From Pseudomonadota bacterium (GTDB taxonomy: Bacteria > Pseudomonadota > Gammaproteobacteria > Enterobacterales > Permianibacteraceae): a stretch of 64,000 nucleotides of DNA. Under the pieces are notes generated by a model. It worked only from the letters and a program-made list of their open reading frames with translations. It made no database searches and was not told the origin of the DNA. Positions 38,853-48,366 of the stretch are shown here, one piece after another; position 1 is the first letter of the stretch; the number at the start of each line of letters is the position of its first letter. The stretch lies in contig JBMOMZ010000067.1 of the NCBI GenBank assembly GCA_049324755.1, positions 1,280 through 65,279 on the forward strand, in the 5' to 3' direction. Both the position numbers and the translations under genes were made by a program.

Positions 38853-39692
38853 TTAGCCGGCAAACGAGCCGGTCGCCAGTTTCAGTTGGGTGACAAGGCG
38901 GGTTTGCCAGCGCTGCCAGCCACCCAGTTGCAAGCGATAGTGTTGCAGCGCGTAGCCGTCCGCTTCGGTGGCGGTGAGCCAGCGGCTGCGCAAGGCCAGC
39001 AGTATCAGCACCGGTGCCAGCCGCTTGGCGCTGGCACGGTTCAGGCGCTGCAGGCCGCTGTCCAGCTGTGCGCGCTGGTGTGCCGTTTGCGCGCGGAAAA
39101 CCGCGCGCAAGTCGGTGTCGCGTTGCTGACAAAGCTGATCGGCGCTCAAGCCATGTTCAGCCAGCTGCTTGTACGGCAAATAGACGACGTGCGCGCTGGC
39201 GTGGCGGGCAAAATCGTGGACCAGCTGACTGTATTCCAGAAAACCGCCGATCGCCTTGGCGCTGTCGCTGGTCAGTACCACGTTCAGGGCATAGGCAAGC
39301 AGTTGCAGCAACAGCTCGCCACGCTGTTGCAGAAAGCCGTCGAGTTCGGCTTGTTCGGCAAAGCCGGCGAAATCAATGTCCTGTTCGACGGTGTCGAGCA
39401 GGGCGTTCAGCAGTGGTGTGATCGCCGGGATGTGTGCGCGCAGCGGTGCCAGTGCTTGCAAACTCGGGTGCGTGCTGGGCGCGTCGGCAGTCAATTGTGT
39501 GCGCCACCATTGCAGCTGGGTTTCCGCCAGCTGGCGCTCGCTGGCGCGATGCGGAATGTCGCAGACGCGCTGGTGAAAGGCAAAAATGCCGAGCAGCGCC
39601 AGCTCGGTATCGGCGTCGAGACCACGGAGTGCGCAGGCCAGATCACTGTGCGGCGGCGCAACGTCCTGCCGGCAAAATTGGCGGGCGTCCAT
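38853..39692 (-). CDS. squalene/phytoene synthase-fold protein with degenerate Asp-rich motifs
   Basis: 279 aa. The isoprenoid-synthase-like helices align by eye with CrtB/SQS (FAFHQRVCDIPH vs YAWCRxxDDxxD; QLVHDFARHASAHVVYLP vs QLxNIxRDxxxDxxxGRxYLP), but the Asp residues are replaced. Confidence 0.65.
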   Translation of the reverse strand: MDARQFCRQDVAPPHSDLACALRGLDADTELALLGIFAFHQRVCDIPHRASERQLAETQLQWWRTQLTADAPSTHPSLQALAPLRAHIPAITPLLNALLDTVEQDIDFAGFAEQAELDGFLQQRGELLLQLLAYALNVVLTSDSAKAIGGFLEYSQLVHDFARHASAHVVYLPYKQLAEHGLSADQLCQQRDTDLRAVFRAQTAHQRAQLDSGLQRLNRASAKRLAPVLILLALRSRWLTATEADGYALQHYRLQLGGWQRWQTRLVTQLKLATGSFAG

Positions 39693-39693
39693 G

Positions 39694-40590
39694 TCAGCGC
39701 TCCGAACGGGCAGACAGGGTGAAACCGATGGCGTACTGCATGCCGGGCGCCAGAATCAGCGCATGATCGTTGGCGATGGCGGTTTCGACACAGACAAACT
39801 GGCGCCAGTCATCACCGCGCAGATCGCCAAGGCGAGCCGCTTTGTCGAGCCATGGTGTCCAGACGACGGTGTCGGTGTTGCCATGCTGCTGCAATTGCAG
39901 GCAGTGATCGCCGTCGTGAATGTGCACGGTGCCGTGGCCGCGCCGGTAGATGCGGTCGGTTTCCCGGTCAAAGGTCAGCGCACCGTGCTGCAACGGCTGC
40001 TCGCCGGTCAGCTGATCGACATAGCCAACGCCATCGAGGTCACTGATGTGCGTGGTGCCGATGTCGCGGACGGCAAAATAACTGTGCAACGCGCCGGCCG
40101 CCGGCCAGGCGTGATCGTCGGTGTTGTGCATCAGCAGTTGCACCGACAGCACGTCGCTCAGGCGGATTTGCAATTGCAAGGCAAAGCGGTGCGGCCAAAG
40201 TGTGCGGCTGCTCTCGTCATCCTGAATGGCCAGCGTGACGGTGAGCGCATCGTCGTGATGCTGGGCGGATTGCAGCTGCCAGTGCCGGGTACGAACAAAA
40301 CCGTGGGCGGGCAGGGCGCTGTCGAGCGTGCCGAACCACGGCCAGCAGATCGGCACACCGGCGCGCAGCGCCTTGCCCGGCACCACTTGCAGTGACGGAT
40401 TGCGCCAGATCAGCGAGCGACCGTGTTGGTGACAGTCGAGCAACTGGCCGCCGTACAACGACAGGGTTGCCTGCAGCTCGCCGTGTTGCAAATGCAACAG
40501 CGGATAACCGGGCGCCAACTCGCTGACTCGAATGCCAGCAACAGACGCGGCGGTGGCGAGCGACAGGCTCGCGGAAGCGGGTTCAGCCAC
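39694..40590 (-). CDS. D-hexose-6-phosphate mutarotase (aldose 1-epimerase family, YeaD-like)
   Basis: Motifs GGQLL, IWRNP, RAGVPICWPWFG, HGFVR, ALHSYF and DTVVWTPW. I chose the GTG start (complement 40588-40590), 2 nt after the upstream stop. TTG at 40629 is the track start. Confidence 0.8.
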   Translation of the reverse strand: MAEPASASLSLATAASVAGIRVSELAPGYPLLHLQHGELQATLSLYGGQLLDCHQHGRSLIWRNPSLQVVPGKALRAGVPICWPWFGTLDSALPAHGFVRTRHWQLQSAQHHDDALTVTLAIQDDESSRTLWPHRFALQLQIRLSDVLSVQLLMHNTDDHAWPAAGALHSYFAVRDIGTTHISDLDGVGYVDQLTGEQPLQHGALTFDRETDRIYRRGHGTVHIHDGDHCLQLQQHGNTDTVVWTPWLDKAARLGDLRGDDWRQFVCVETAIANDHALILAPGMQYAIGFTLSARSER

Positions 40591-40592
40591 GG

Positions 40593-41294
40593 TTACAGCT
40601 CCACGGAACCGAGACCATTCTGATGCCAATGTGCAATCAGATCGATCAGTTGTTCGGTTCGGTCAAGGTAGTGATCGGCGAGCCAGCGCTGCGGATCTTC
40701 GCTTTCGTCAATGAAGCCCCAGAGTGCGCATACCGTACGCATGCCGGCGCGACGACCGGCTTCGATATCGCGCTCGGCATCGCCGACATAGCAACAGCTG
40801 GCGGCATCGACGCCAGCCATCTGAGCGGCATGGAACATCGGCGCCGGATCCGGTTTGCGCTGCGGCAGGCAGTCCCCGGCGACAACGCAAGCTGCGCGCT
40901 GCCAGAGCTGCAGATGCTCCATCACGGCGCGGGTCAGGTAACCGGGTTTGTTGGTGACTACGCCCCAGCGCAGATCGTTTTGTTCGCAGTAGCGCAGCAC
41001 CTGATCGAGGCCGGTGAAGAGCATGGTTTCTTCGATCAGGCATTGCTCGTAGAGCGCAAGGTAGCGATCCCGAAAGGTCGTGAAGGCCGGATCGGTCGGT
41101 TCCATGTCGAAACCGAGTTTGAGCAGACCGCGGGCACCATGCGAGACCTGCGGCCGAATCGCTTCATACGGCAAGGGTTTGCGGCCGCGCTCGACCAGCA
41201 GCTGGTTCAGCGCTTTCGCCATGTCCTGCGAGGTGTCCAGCAAGGTGCCGTCCAGATCGAACAGCACGCATTGCAGGGGAAGGACCGAGTTCAT
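40593..41294 (-). CDS. HAD-IA phosphatase (phosphoglycolate phosphatase-like; MupP-like by position next to ubiG)
   Basis: DxDGTL motif (VLFDLDGTLLDT), VTNK and GDAERDIEAGRRAGM. It lies downstream of ubiG, as does PA3172 in P. aeruginosa. Confidence 0.8.
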   Translation of the reverse strand: MNSVLPLQCVLFDLDGTLLDTSQDMAKALNQLLVERGRKPLPYEAIRPQVSHGARGLLKLGFDMEPTDPAFTTFRDRYLALYEQCLIEETMLFTGLDQVLRYCEQNDLRWGVVTNKPGYLTRAVMEHLQLWQRAACVVAGDCLPQRKPDPAPMFHAAQMAGVDAASCCYVGDAERDIEAGRRAGMRTVCALWGFIDESEDPQRWLADHYLDRTEQLIDLIAHWHQNGLGSVEL

Positions 41295-41313
41295 AGTGTC
41301 TTCTATCTGGTTT

Positions 41314-41375
41314 TGTAGGAGCGGCCGTGGGCGCGGGTTTATGAAAGGAGAATCGCGGCCAAGGCCGCTCCTACA
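41314..41375. repeat. convergent REP pair (tgtaggagcggcc ... ggccgctcctaca)
   Basis: 13-nt perfect terminal inverted repeat, with each half resembling a Pseudomonas-type REP unit (gtaggagcggcc-n4-gcgcg / cgcggcc-aa-ggccgctcctac). Confidence 0.75.
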
Positions 41376-41378
41376 AAC

Positions 41379-42086
41379 TCAATCGACCGGCCGGGTATGG
41401 ACGATGTAATTGACATCGACACCGGGGCCGAGCGAGTAGACCTTGGTCAGCGGGTTGTAGTGCATGCCGATCATGTCGCCGACGCGCAGGCCGGCATGGC
41501 GGGCCCAGGTGCCGAGCTCCGAAGGCCGAATGAATTTGGCATATTCGTGGGTGCCTTTCGGCAGCAGGTTCAGAATGTATTCGGCGCCGACAATGGCAAA
41601 CAGAAACGCTTTCGGGTTGCGATTGATGGTCGAGAAGAATACGTGCCCGTTTGGTTTCACCAGCTTGGCACAAGCCGCGATGACTGACGCCGGGTCCGGC
41701 ACATGCTCGATCATTTCCATACAGGTGACGACATCGAAACGGCCCGGCTGCTCATCGGCCAGTTGCTCGACGGTCATCTGCCGGTAATCGACGCTGCGAC
41801 CGCTTTCAAGCAGGTGCAATTTGGCGACCGACAGCGGTGCTTCGCCCATGTCGATGCCGGTCACCTGCGCGCCTTCACCGGCCAGCGCTTCGCTCAGGAT
41901 GCCGCCACCGCAGCCGACGTCGACCACGCGCTTGCCGGCGAGTGGTCCGGTTTTCTGCAGAATCCAGCCGAGACGCAGCGGGTTGATGTCATGCAGCGGT
42001 TTGAATTCGCTGTGCCGATCCCACCAGCGGGCGGCAAGCGCTTCGAATTTGGCGATTTCGGCGCGGTCGACATTGGTGTGGGTCAT
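41379..42086 (-). CDS. ubiG: bifunctional 3-demethylubiquinol 3-O-methyltransferase / 2-polyprenyl-6-hydroxyphenol methylase
   Basis: 235 aa with a SAM motif ([15 protein letters not shown]), [10 protein letters not shown] and the typical N-terminal [14 protein letters not shown]. Confidence 0.95.
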   Translation of the reverse strand: MTHTNVDRAEIAKFEALAARWWDRHSEFKPLHDINPLRLGWILQKTGPLAGKRVVDVGCGGGILSEALAGEGAQVTGIDMGEAPLSVAKLHLLESGRSVDYRQMTVEQLADEQPGRFDVVTCMEMIEHVPDPASVIAACAKLVKPNGHVFFSTINRNPKAFLFAIVGAEYILNLLPKGTHEYAKFIRPSELGTWARHAGLRVGDMIGMHYNPLTKVYSLGPGVDVNYIVHTRPVD

Positions 42087-42111
42087 GGCGCGTGTCCTGT
42101 AAGTGAGTATT

Positions 42112-42178
42112 TGTGGCAGCGGGCTTGCCCGCGATGTTCTTGCAATTGAAAAGAATCGCGGGCAAGCCCGCTGCCACA
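42112..42178. repeat. convergent REP pair (tgtggcagcgggcttgcccgcgat ... atcgcgggcaagcccgctgccaca)
   Basis: 24-nt perfect inverted repeat separated by 19 nt. Confidence 0.85.
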
Positions 42179-42185
42179 GCGTAAT

Positions 42186-43517
42186 TTATGCGTGTGCTTT
42201 CAAAGTGTTTTGCACATCGCCCTGCCAGCGCTGCACTTTTGCCCGCAGCGCCGTTTCATCAATGGTTAGCAGTTCGCGGTTGCGCATCAGCGCTTGCCCG
42301 GCGACCCAGACATCGCTGACCTGTTCCCGTTGTACGGTGTACAGCAACGAATAGAGCGGGTTGTACACCGGTTGCTGCAACAGTCCGGAAAGGTCGACGG
42401 CGATCAGATCCGCGGACTTGCCGACTTCCAATGAGCCGATTTCGTTTTCGAGGCCCATGGTACGGGCGCCGCCGAGTGTCGCCATGTACAGCATCTGTTC
42501 GGCAGGCATCGCCCGCGGATCGCCGGCGACGGCTTTGCCGAGCAGCGTCGCGGTACGCAGCTCGCCGAGCAGATCCAGATCGTTGTTGCTGGCGGCGCCA
42601 TCGGTGCCGAGGCCAACATTGATGCCCGCGGTCCGCAGTTTCGCCACCGGCGAAAAACCGCTGGCGAGTTTCAGGTTCGATTCCGGGCAGTGCACGGTCT
42701 GGACGCCGTTTTCTTTCAGCAGCGCGATATCGGCATCATTCAGATGCACCGCATGCACGGCGACAAACTGCGGGCCGAGCAGGCCGAGCTGGTTGAGCCG
42801 CTCCAGTGGCCGCATGCCGTACTGCTTGAGCGAGTCCTCGATTTCCTGCGCACTTTCGTGCACGTGCATGTGCACGATGAGACCGAGTTCTTCGGCGTAG
42901 GTGGCAACCTGGGTCAGCAGCGCATCATCGACGGTGTACGGTGCATGCGGGCCAAACGCGGCGTTGACCAGCGGCAGGTTCTTGCAGCTATCGTGCAGTT
43001 CCAGCACCCGGTGAATGCCGGCTTTGCCATCGGCGGCGCCGGGCATCGGGAAGCTCAGGATCGGGCTTGCCATCAGGCCGCGCAGACCGGCTTTCTGGAT
43101 CACGGTGGCGGCGCGGTCGGCATAGAAATAATTGTCGGTGAAGGCGGTGACGCCGCCGCGGATTTGTTCGGCGCAGGCAAGCTCGACGCCGTCGGCGACA
43201 AACTCCGGCGTCACCAGCGCTTTTTCCAGCGGCCAGATCCGGTGATTGAGCCAGTCCATCAAGGCCATGTCTTCGCCACAGCCGCGCAGCAGCGTCATCG
43301 CGGCATGGTTGTGAGCGTTGACGAGGCCGGGCAACAGCACGTGATCGGCCAGATGCTGTTGCTGGCGGGCGCGTACCGTGCCAAGCAGTTCGCGACGTGG
43401 GCCGACGGCGACGATACGGCCAGCCGCGATGGCCACGGCCCCCTCGTCAATGACGGTGGACGCCGGGGCGACGGGCAACAACCAGCGGCCACTGAGCAGC
43501 AGATCGGCTTCGATCAT
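42186..43517 (-). CDS. mtaD: 5-methylthioadenosine/S-adenosylhomocysteine deaminase (TRZ/ATZ amidohydrolase)
   Basis: Trimmed to ATG (complement 43515-43517): MIEADLLLSGRWLLPV... Motifs PGLVNAHNHAAM, HMHVHES and GTDGAASNNDLD. The position equals PA3170 next to ubiG. Confidence 0.85.
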   Translation of the reverse strand: MIEADLLLSGRWLLPVAPASTVIDEGAVAIAAGRIVAVGPRRELLGTVRARQQQHLADHVLLPGLVNAHNHAAMTLLRGCGEDMALMDWLNHRIWPLEKALVTPEFVADGVELACAEQIRGGVTAFTDNYFYADRAATVIQKAGLRGLMASPILSFPMPGAADGKAGIHRVLELHDSCKNLPLVNAAFGPHAPYTVDDALLTQVATYAEELGLIVHMHVHESAQEIEDSLKQYGMRPLERLNQLGLLGPQFVAVHAVHLNDADIALLKENGVQTVHCPESNLKLASGFSPVAKLRTAGINVGLGTDGAASNNDLDLLGELRTATLLGKAVAGDPRAMPAEQMLYMATLGGARTMGLENEIGSLEVGKSADLIAVDLSGLLQQPVYNPLYSLLYTVQREQVSDVWVAGQALMRNRELLTIDETALRAKVQRWQGDVQNTLKAHA

Positions 43518-43611
43518 GTTGGTATCGAACGGGAATCGGTCAGGACGGCGAGTATACCGGGCGGCATGATCCGGCGTCATGCACGGCCGCCGGCAACCGT
43601 GGCCCGGCGCT

Positions 43612-44286
43612 TCACTGCAGATCCTCGCTGTCCTGCCAGAGCACCTGTTCGACCCGGAAGCCGGCATTGACGCTGTCGCTGTTCAGCTGCTGCGCGACCT
43701 CCAGCACCGCTGGCAAAGCGCTCTGGGTGCTGATCCGGACCAGCTGATCGGTGTCCGGTCGCCGTTCGATCTTGTGCAACAGCCAGCCGGTCTGGCGGCA
43801 ATCGTCCAGCCCAATCACGTAGTAGCGATGGCCCTGCGGCGAGAGGGCGGTTTGCACGGGTGCGAAGTGCCATACCTTTCGGACCTGCCAATCCAGCATC
43901 TGCACGGCCTCGCCGCCCCGTTCGAAATGGCCGCGATAGAGTGCGGCGCGGAACTGCCGCAGTGGGTCCCTGGCGCCCGGCTTCAGCCGCCAGAGGTCGA
44001 ATCGCTCAGGTTCCAGTGTCAGCAAGCCGCCGGCGGCGAGCAAGGCATGAACCTGCTGCGGAGCGGATTCACCGATCGGGTCGAGCTCCAGCACCACCTG
44101 CCAGTCATGCGGATGCCGGTACAGCGGCAGATGCGAGGCAAAGACCCGGCCCGGCTCGCCGAACAGCACCATGCCGTGCACGCCGTGGGCGTGGTTTGGC
44201 GCCGCTGCCGCTTCCGGTTCGGCTGCCTGCCCGCAGAAAGCGGCGAAAAAGCCAGCGAAAAGGGCGTTTTTTAACCAGTTCTGCAT
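43612..44286 (-). CDS. hypothetical secreted protein, His-rich N-terminal segment
   Basis: Trimmed to ATG (complement 44284-44286). Signal-peptide-like MQNWLKNALFAGFFAAFCGQAA, then PNHAHGVHGMVLFG...ASHLPLYRHPHDWQ. I recognise no family. Confidence 0.6.
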   Translation of the reverse strand: MQNWLKNALFAGFFAAFCGQAAEPEAAAAPNHAHGVHGMVLFGEPGRVFASHLPLYRHPHDWQVVLELDPIGESAPQQVHALLAAGGLLTLEPERFDLWRLKPGARDPLRQFRAALYRGHFERGGEAVQMLDWQVRKVWHFAPVQTALSPQGHRYYVIGLDDCRQTGWLLHKIERRPDTDQLVRISTQSALPAVLEVAQQLNSDSVNAGFRVEQVLWQDSEDLQ

Positions 44287-44414
44287 CTGTTTTCTCCCGC
44301 ATTCGCCGGTGGAGTGGGACACCCCCGGCATGCTACCATCACCGGCTTTGTGGGCGCCGGTTTTCAGCTGTCGCAAACCCAATAAAATCAATAGCTTAAA
44401 GGGCAAAAATCCAG

Positions 44415-46994
44415 ATGACCGAACTCGCCAAAGAGATCCTTGCCGTCAGCATCGAAGACGAGCTGCGCACGTCCTATCTCGACTACGCGATGAGCGTTAT
44501 CGTCGGCCGGGCCCTGCCCGATGTCCGCGATGGCCTGAAGCCGGTGCACCGCCGCGTGCTGTTCGCGATGAATGTGCTCGGCAACGACTACAACAAGGCC
44601 TACAAAAAATCGGCCCGTGTGGTCGGTGACGTCATCGGTAAATACCACCCGCACGGTGATACCGCCGTCTACGACACCATCGTCCGGATGGCGCAGCCGT
44701 TCTCGATGCGCTATGTGCTGGTCGACGGCCAGGGCAACTTCGGTTCCATCGACGGCGACAACGCGGCCGCGATGCGTTACACCGAAGTGCGCATGGACAA
44801 GATCGCCCATGAACTGCTGGCGGATCTCGACAAAGAGACGGTCGATTTCGTCGACAACTACGACGGCAGCGAGCAGGAGCCGTCGGTATTGCCGACCCGG
44901 GTGCCGAACCTGCTGGTCAACGGTTCGAGCGGTATCGCGGTCGGCATGGCGACCAATATTCCGCCGCACAACCTGCGCGAAGTCATCAATGGCGTACTGG
45001 CCTTGATGGACAACCCGGACATCGATGTCGAAGGCCTGATGGAACACATCCCGGCGCCGGACTTCCCGACTGCCGGCATCATCTGCGGTCGCGCCGGCAT
45101 CGTTCAGGCGTACAAAACCGGTCGGGGCCGCTGCGTCATTCGCGCCCGCCACGAACTGGAAGAAGAAGGCCAGAAAACCAACATCATCGTCACCGAGCTG
45201 CCGTATCAGGTGAACAAAGCCCGGCTGATCGAGAAAATCGCCGAGCTGGTGCGCGAGAAGAAAATCGAAGGTATCACCGGCCTGCGCGATGAGTCCGACA
45301 AGGACGGCATGCGCATGGTCATCGAGCTGCGCAAGAACGAGCTGCCGGAAGTGGTGCTCAACAATCTTTACGCGCAGACCCAGATGCAGACCACGTTCGG
45401 CATCAACACCGTTGCGCTGGTTGATGGTCAGCCGCGCACGCTGGCGCTGAAAGAGTGTCTGGAAGAGTTCGTTCGCCACCGCCGTGAAGTGGTGACCCGC
45501 CGTACCGTTTATGAATTGCGCAAGGCGCGCGAAAAGGCCCATACCCTCGAAGGTCTGGCGGTTGCGATTGCCAACATCGATGAAGTGATCGAGCTGATCA
45601 AATCCTCGCCGACCCCGGCCGAGGCGAAAGAGCGTCTGGTCGCCAAGCCCTGGCAGCCGGGTGGCGTCATGGCGATGCTGGATCGCGCTGGTGCGCAAGC
45701 TTCGCGGCCGGAAGATCTGGAAGCGCAATACGGCTTTGTTGACGGTGGCTATCACCTGTCGCCAGTACAGGCCCAAGCCATTCTGGAACTGCGTCTGCAC
45801 AAGCTGACCGGTCTCGAGCATGAAAAACTGCTCGACGAATACAAAGAGCTGCTGACCGAAATCGGCGAGTTCCTGCACATCCTCGGCAGCAACGCCCGCC
45901 TGATGGAAGTGATCCGCGAAGAGCTGATCAAGATTCGCGACGAATACGGCGACGAGCGTCGCACAGAAATCTCCAACACCGCCGAAGACATCGACATCGA
46001 AGATCTGATCGCCGATGAAGAGGTGGTCGTGACGCTGTCGAACGAGGGCTACGTCAAATACCAGCCGCTGTCGACCTACGAAGCGCAGAAGCGCGGCGGT
46101 CGCGGCAAATCGGCGACCGATCTGAAAGACGAAGACTTCGTCCGCAAGCTGATCGTCTGCAAGACCCACGATTACCTGCTGTGCTTCTCGACGCGCGGTC
46201 GCCTGTACTGGCTCAAGGTTTACAACCTGCCGGAAGCCGGTCGCGGCGCTCGCGGCAAACCGATCGTCAACCTGCTGCCGCTGCAGCCGGACGAGAAAAT
46301 CACCTCGCTGTTGCCGGTGCGCACCTTCGATGCCGAGCACCAGATTTTCATGGCGACCAAGTCGGGCGTGGTCAAGCGCACCGCGCTGGACAATTTCTCG
46401 CGGCCGCGTAGCGCCGGCATCATCGCCGTCGATCTGCGCGACGACGACGAGCTGGTCGGTGTCGACATCACTTCGGGCAACGACGATGTGATGCTGTTCT
46501 CCGATGTCGGTCGTGTCGTGCGCTTCAACGAAACCAAGGTTCGCGAAATGGGCCGTCTGGCCCGTGGCGTCCGTGGTATCCGTTTGGGCGAAGGCGAGAC
46601 CGTGATCAGCCTCATCGTTGCTCATGACGGCACCGACATCCTGACCGCGACCGAGAACGGTTACGGCAAGCGCACCGCGCTCGAGGCCTATCCGGTCAAG
46701 GGCCGTGGCGTCCGCGGCGTGCTGTCAATCAAGGTCAGTGAACGTAACGGCAAAGTCATCGGTGCGGTCGCGGTCAAATCCGGTGAACACATCATGCTGA
46801 TTTCCGACAAGGGCACGCTGGTGCGCACCCGCGTCGCCGAAGTGCGCGTGATGGGCCGGAATACGGCAGGTGTCCGCCTGATGCGGATGCTGGAAGGCGA
46901 GCATCTGGTTGGTCTGGAATCGATCACGGTGGTTGATGAAGGTGACAACGAAGACGTCGTGTCGCCGCTCGTCAGTGACGATGCCGAAGAGTAA
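44415..46994 (+). CDS. gyrA: DNA gyrase subunit A
   Basis: 859 aa. QRDR region [30 protein letters not shown], active-site [10 protein letters not shown], a C-terminal beta-pinwheel and an acidic tail. Confidence 0.97.
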   Translation: MTELAKEILAVSIEDELRTSYLDYAMSVIVGRALPDVRDGLKPVHRRVLFAMNVLGNDYNKAYKKSARVVGDVIGKYHPHGDTAVYDTIVRMAQPFSMRYVLVDGQGNFGSIDGDNAAAMRYTEVRMDKIAHELLADLDKETVDFVDNYDGSEQEPSVLPTRVPNLLVNGSSGIAVGMATNIPPHNLREVINGVLALMDNPDIDVEGLMEHIPAPDFPTAGIICGRAGIVQAYKTGRGRCVIRARHELEEEGQKTNIIVTELPYQVNKARLIEKIAELVREKKIEGITGLRDESDKDGMRMVIELRKNELPEVVLNNLYAQTQMQTTFGINTVALVDGQPRTLALKECLEEFVRHRREVVTRRTVYELRKAREKAHTLEGLAVAIANIDEVIELIKSSPTPAEAKERLVAKPWQPGGVMAMLDRAGAQASRPEDLEAQYGFVDGGYHLSPVQAQAILELRLHKLTGLEHEKLLDEYKELLTEIGEFLHILGSNARLMEVIREELIKIRDEYGDERRTEISNTAEDIDIEDLIADEEVVVTLSNEGYVKYQPLSTYEAQKRGGRGKSATDLKDEDFVRKLIVCKTHDYLLCFSTRGRLYWLKVYNLPEAGRGARGKPIVNLLPLQPDEKITSLLPVRTFDAEHQIFMATKSGVVKRTALDNFSRPRSAGIIAVDLRDDDELVGVDITSGNDDVMLFSDVGRVVRFNETKVREMGRLARGVRGIRLGEGETVISLIVAHDGTDILTATENGYGKRTALEAYPVKGRGVRGVLSIKVSERNGKVIGAVAVKSGEHIMLISDKGTLVRTRVAEVRVMGRNTAGVRLMRMLEGEHLVGLESITVVDEGDNEDVVSPLVSDDAEE

Positions 46995-47017
46995 TTTCCC
47001 GGCTTTCGCGTAATGAC

Positions 47018-47097
47018 GTAGGTTGGGCTGAGCCTAGGCGAAGCCCAACACCTCCCGAAATGTGCTGTTGGGCTTCATTTCATTCAGCCCAACCTAC
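47018..47097. repeat. convergent REP pair (gtaggttgggctgagc...gaagcccaaca / tgttgggcttc...cagcccaacctac)
   Basis: Two inverted copies of a gtaggttgggc-type unit between gyrA and serC. Confidence 0.75.
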
Positions 47098-47114
47098 AGC
47101 GGTAAGTGACGGCA

Positions 47115-48194
47115 ATGCGTAAATACAATTTCTGTTCCGGCCCGGCGGCGATGCCGGAAGCCGTGCTGAAACGGGCCCAGGCCGAGTTGCTCGACTGGAA
47201 CGGCCACGGCTGTTCGGTGATGGAGATCTCGCACCGCTCCGATGCCTTTGGCGAGCTGGCGGCGAATGCCGAACGCAAGCTGCGTGCGCTGATGAATATC
47301 CCGGACGATTACGCGGTGTTGTTCTGCCACGGCAGCGCCACGCACCAGTTCGCGATGATTCCGATGAACCTGCTGGCCGAAGGCAAGACCGCGGATTACC
47401 TGACCACCGGTATTTGGTCCGACAAAGCGGTCAAAGAGGCCAAGAGATTCGGCAGCGTCAACGAGATCAAGGCACTGGTCGAACGCGATGGCGTGTTCAC
47501 CGTGACCGACCGCAGCGAGTGGAAGCTCAGCGCTGACAGCGCTTATCTGCATTACTGCCCGAACGAAACCATCGGCGGCGTCGAGCTGCATTCGATTCCG
47601 GCTGCAGGCCGTACACTCGTTGCCGACATGTCGAGTTGCATTCTGTCGCGCCCGATCAATGTCCGCGATTACGGCCTGATTTACGCTGGCGCCCAGAAGA
47701 ACATCGGCCCGGCCGGCATGACCATCGTGATCATCCGTAAGGATCTGATGGGTAAGGCCGCGGCGCGCACGCCGACGCTGTTCGATTACAAGGTGCTGGC
47801 TGATAACGGCAGCATGTACAACACGCCGCCGACCTGGGCCTGGTATCTGGCCGATTTGGTGTTCGACTGGATTGCCGAGCAGGGTGGTGTGCTAGCGATG
47901 GAACAGCACAATGCGGCCAAGGCCGATGCGCTCTATGCCTGCATTGATGCCAATCCGTTCTATCGCAATCCGATTGCCAAGCCGTACCGCTCGCGGATGA
48001 ACGTGCCGTTTCGTTTGCACGACGAGTCGCTGAACGACAAGTTCCTGCAGGAGTCGGAGGCGGCAGGCTTGCTCGCGTTGGCCGGTCACCGGTCGGTCGG
48101 TGGCATGCGCGCCAGCATTTACAATGCGATGCCGATGGCCGGCGTGCAGGCGCTGATCGATTTCATGGCCGATTTCGCCAAGCGCAACGGTTGA
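47115..48194 (+). CDS. serC: 3-phosphoserine/phosphohydroxythreonine aminotransferase
   Basis: ATG 47115 (MRKYNFCSGPAAMPEAVL). Motifs GSATHQF, YAGAQKNIGPAG (PLP lysine) and GGMRASIYNAM. Confidence 0.95.
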   Translation: MRKYNFCSGPAAMPEAVLKRAQAELLDWNGHGCSVMEISHRSDAFGELAANAERKLRALMNIPDDYAVLFCHGSATHQFAMIPMNLLAEGKTADYLTTGIWSDKAVKEAKRFGSVNEIKALVERDGVFTVTDRSEWKLSADSAYLHYCPNETIGGVELHSIPAAGRTLVADMSSCILSRPINVRDYGLIYAGAQKNIGPAGMTIVIIRKDLMGKAAARTPTLFDYKVLADNGSMYNTPPTWAWYLADLVFDWIAEQGGVLAMEQHNAAKADALYACIDANPFYRNPIAKPYRSRMNVPFRLHDESLNDKFLQESEAAGLLALAGHRSVGGMRASIYNAMPMAGVQALIDFMADFAKRNG

Positions 48195-48203
48195 TGGGAT
48201 TTT

Positions 48204-48276
48204 CTGTGGGAGCGGCTTTAGCCGCGATTATGTTGCTGTTTGAATAAGCGCATCGCGGCTAAAGCCGCTCCCACAG
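48204..48276. repeat. convergent REP pair (ctgtgggagcggctttagccgcgat ... atcgcggctaaagccgctcccacag)
   Basis: 25-nt perfect inverted repeat, sequence-related to the 42112-42178 pair. Confidence 0.85.
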
Positions 48277-48366
48277 AATCCGATTTACAAGGCGGCGTGA
48301 GCCGCCTTCTTTCCAGATGAACGTGCTGCCGGAGGATCGCCGACAGCCCAGCAACAGGTGAGCACA

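Noticed and set aside
36528-39722. + strand ORFs 36528-37844, 38011-38856 and 38886-39722
   Set aside because: They lie opposite the GGDEF, yciK and SQS-fold genes, which have clear motifs. They were judged to be GC-driven shadows.
42690-43670. 326-aa + strand ORF opposite mtaD, and 48259-49401 (-) opposite hisC, and 53726-54652 (-) opposite lapB
   Set aside because: All are antisense to genes with clear family signatures, and none has independent support.
44388-46625. 745-aa ORF antisense to gyrA
   Set aside because: It lies entirely within and opposite the unmistakable gyrA frame. Its composition (Arg/Ala/Gly/Val/Asp-rich, low complexity) is typical of stop-free antisense frames in high-GC DNA. 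There are no recognisable motifs.
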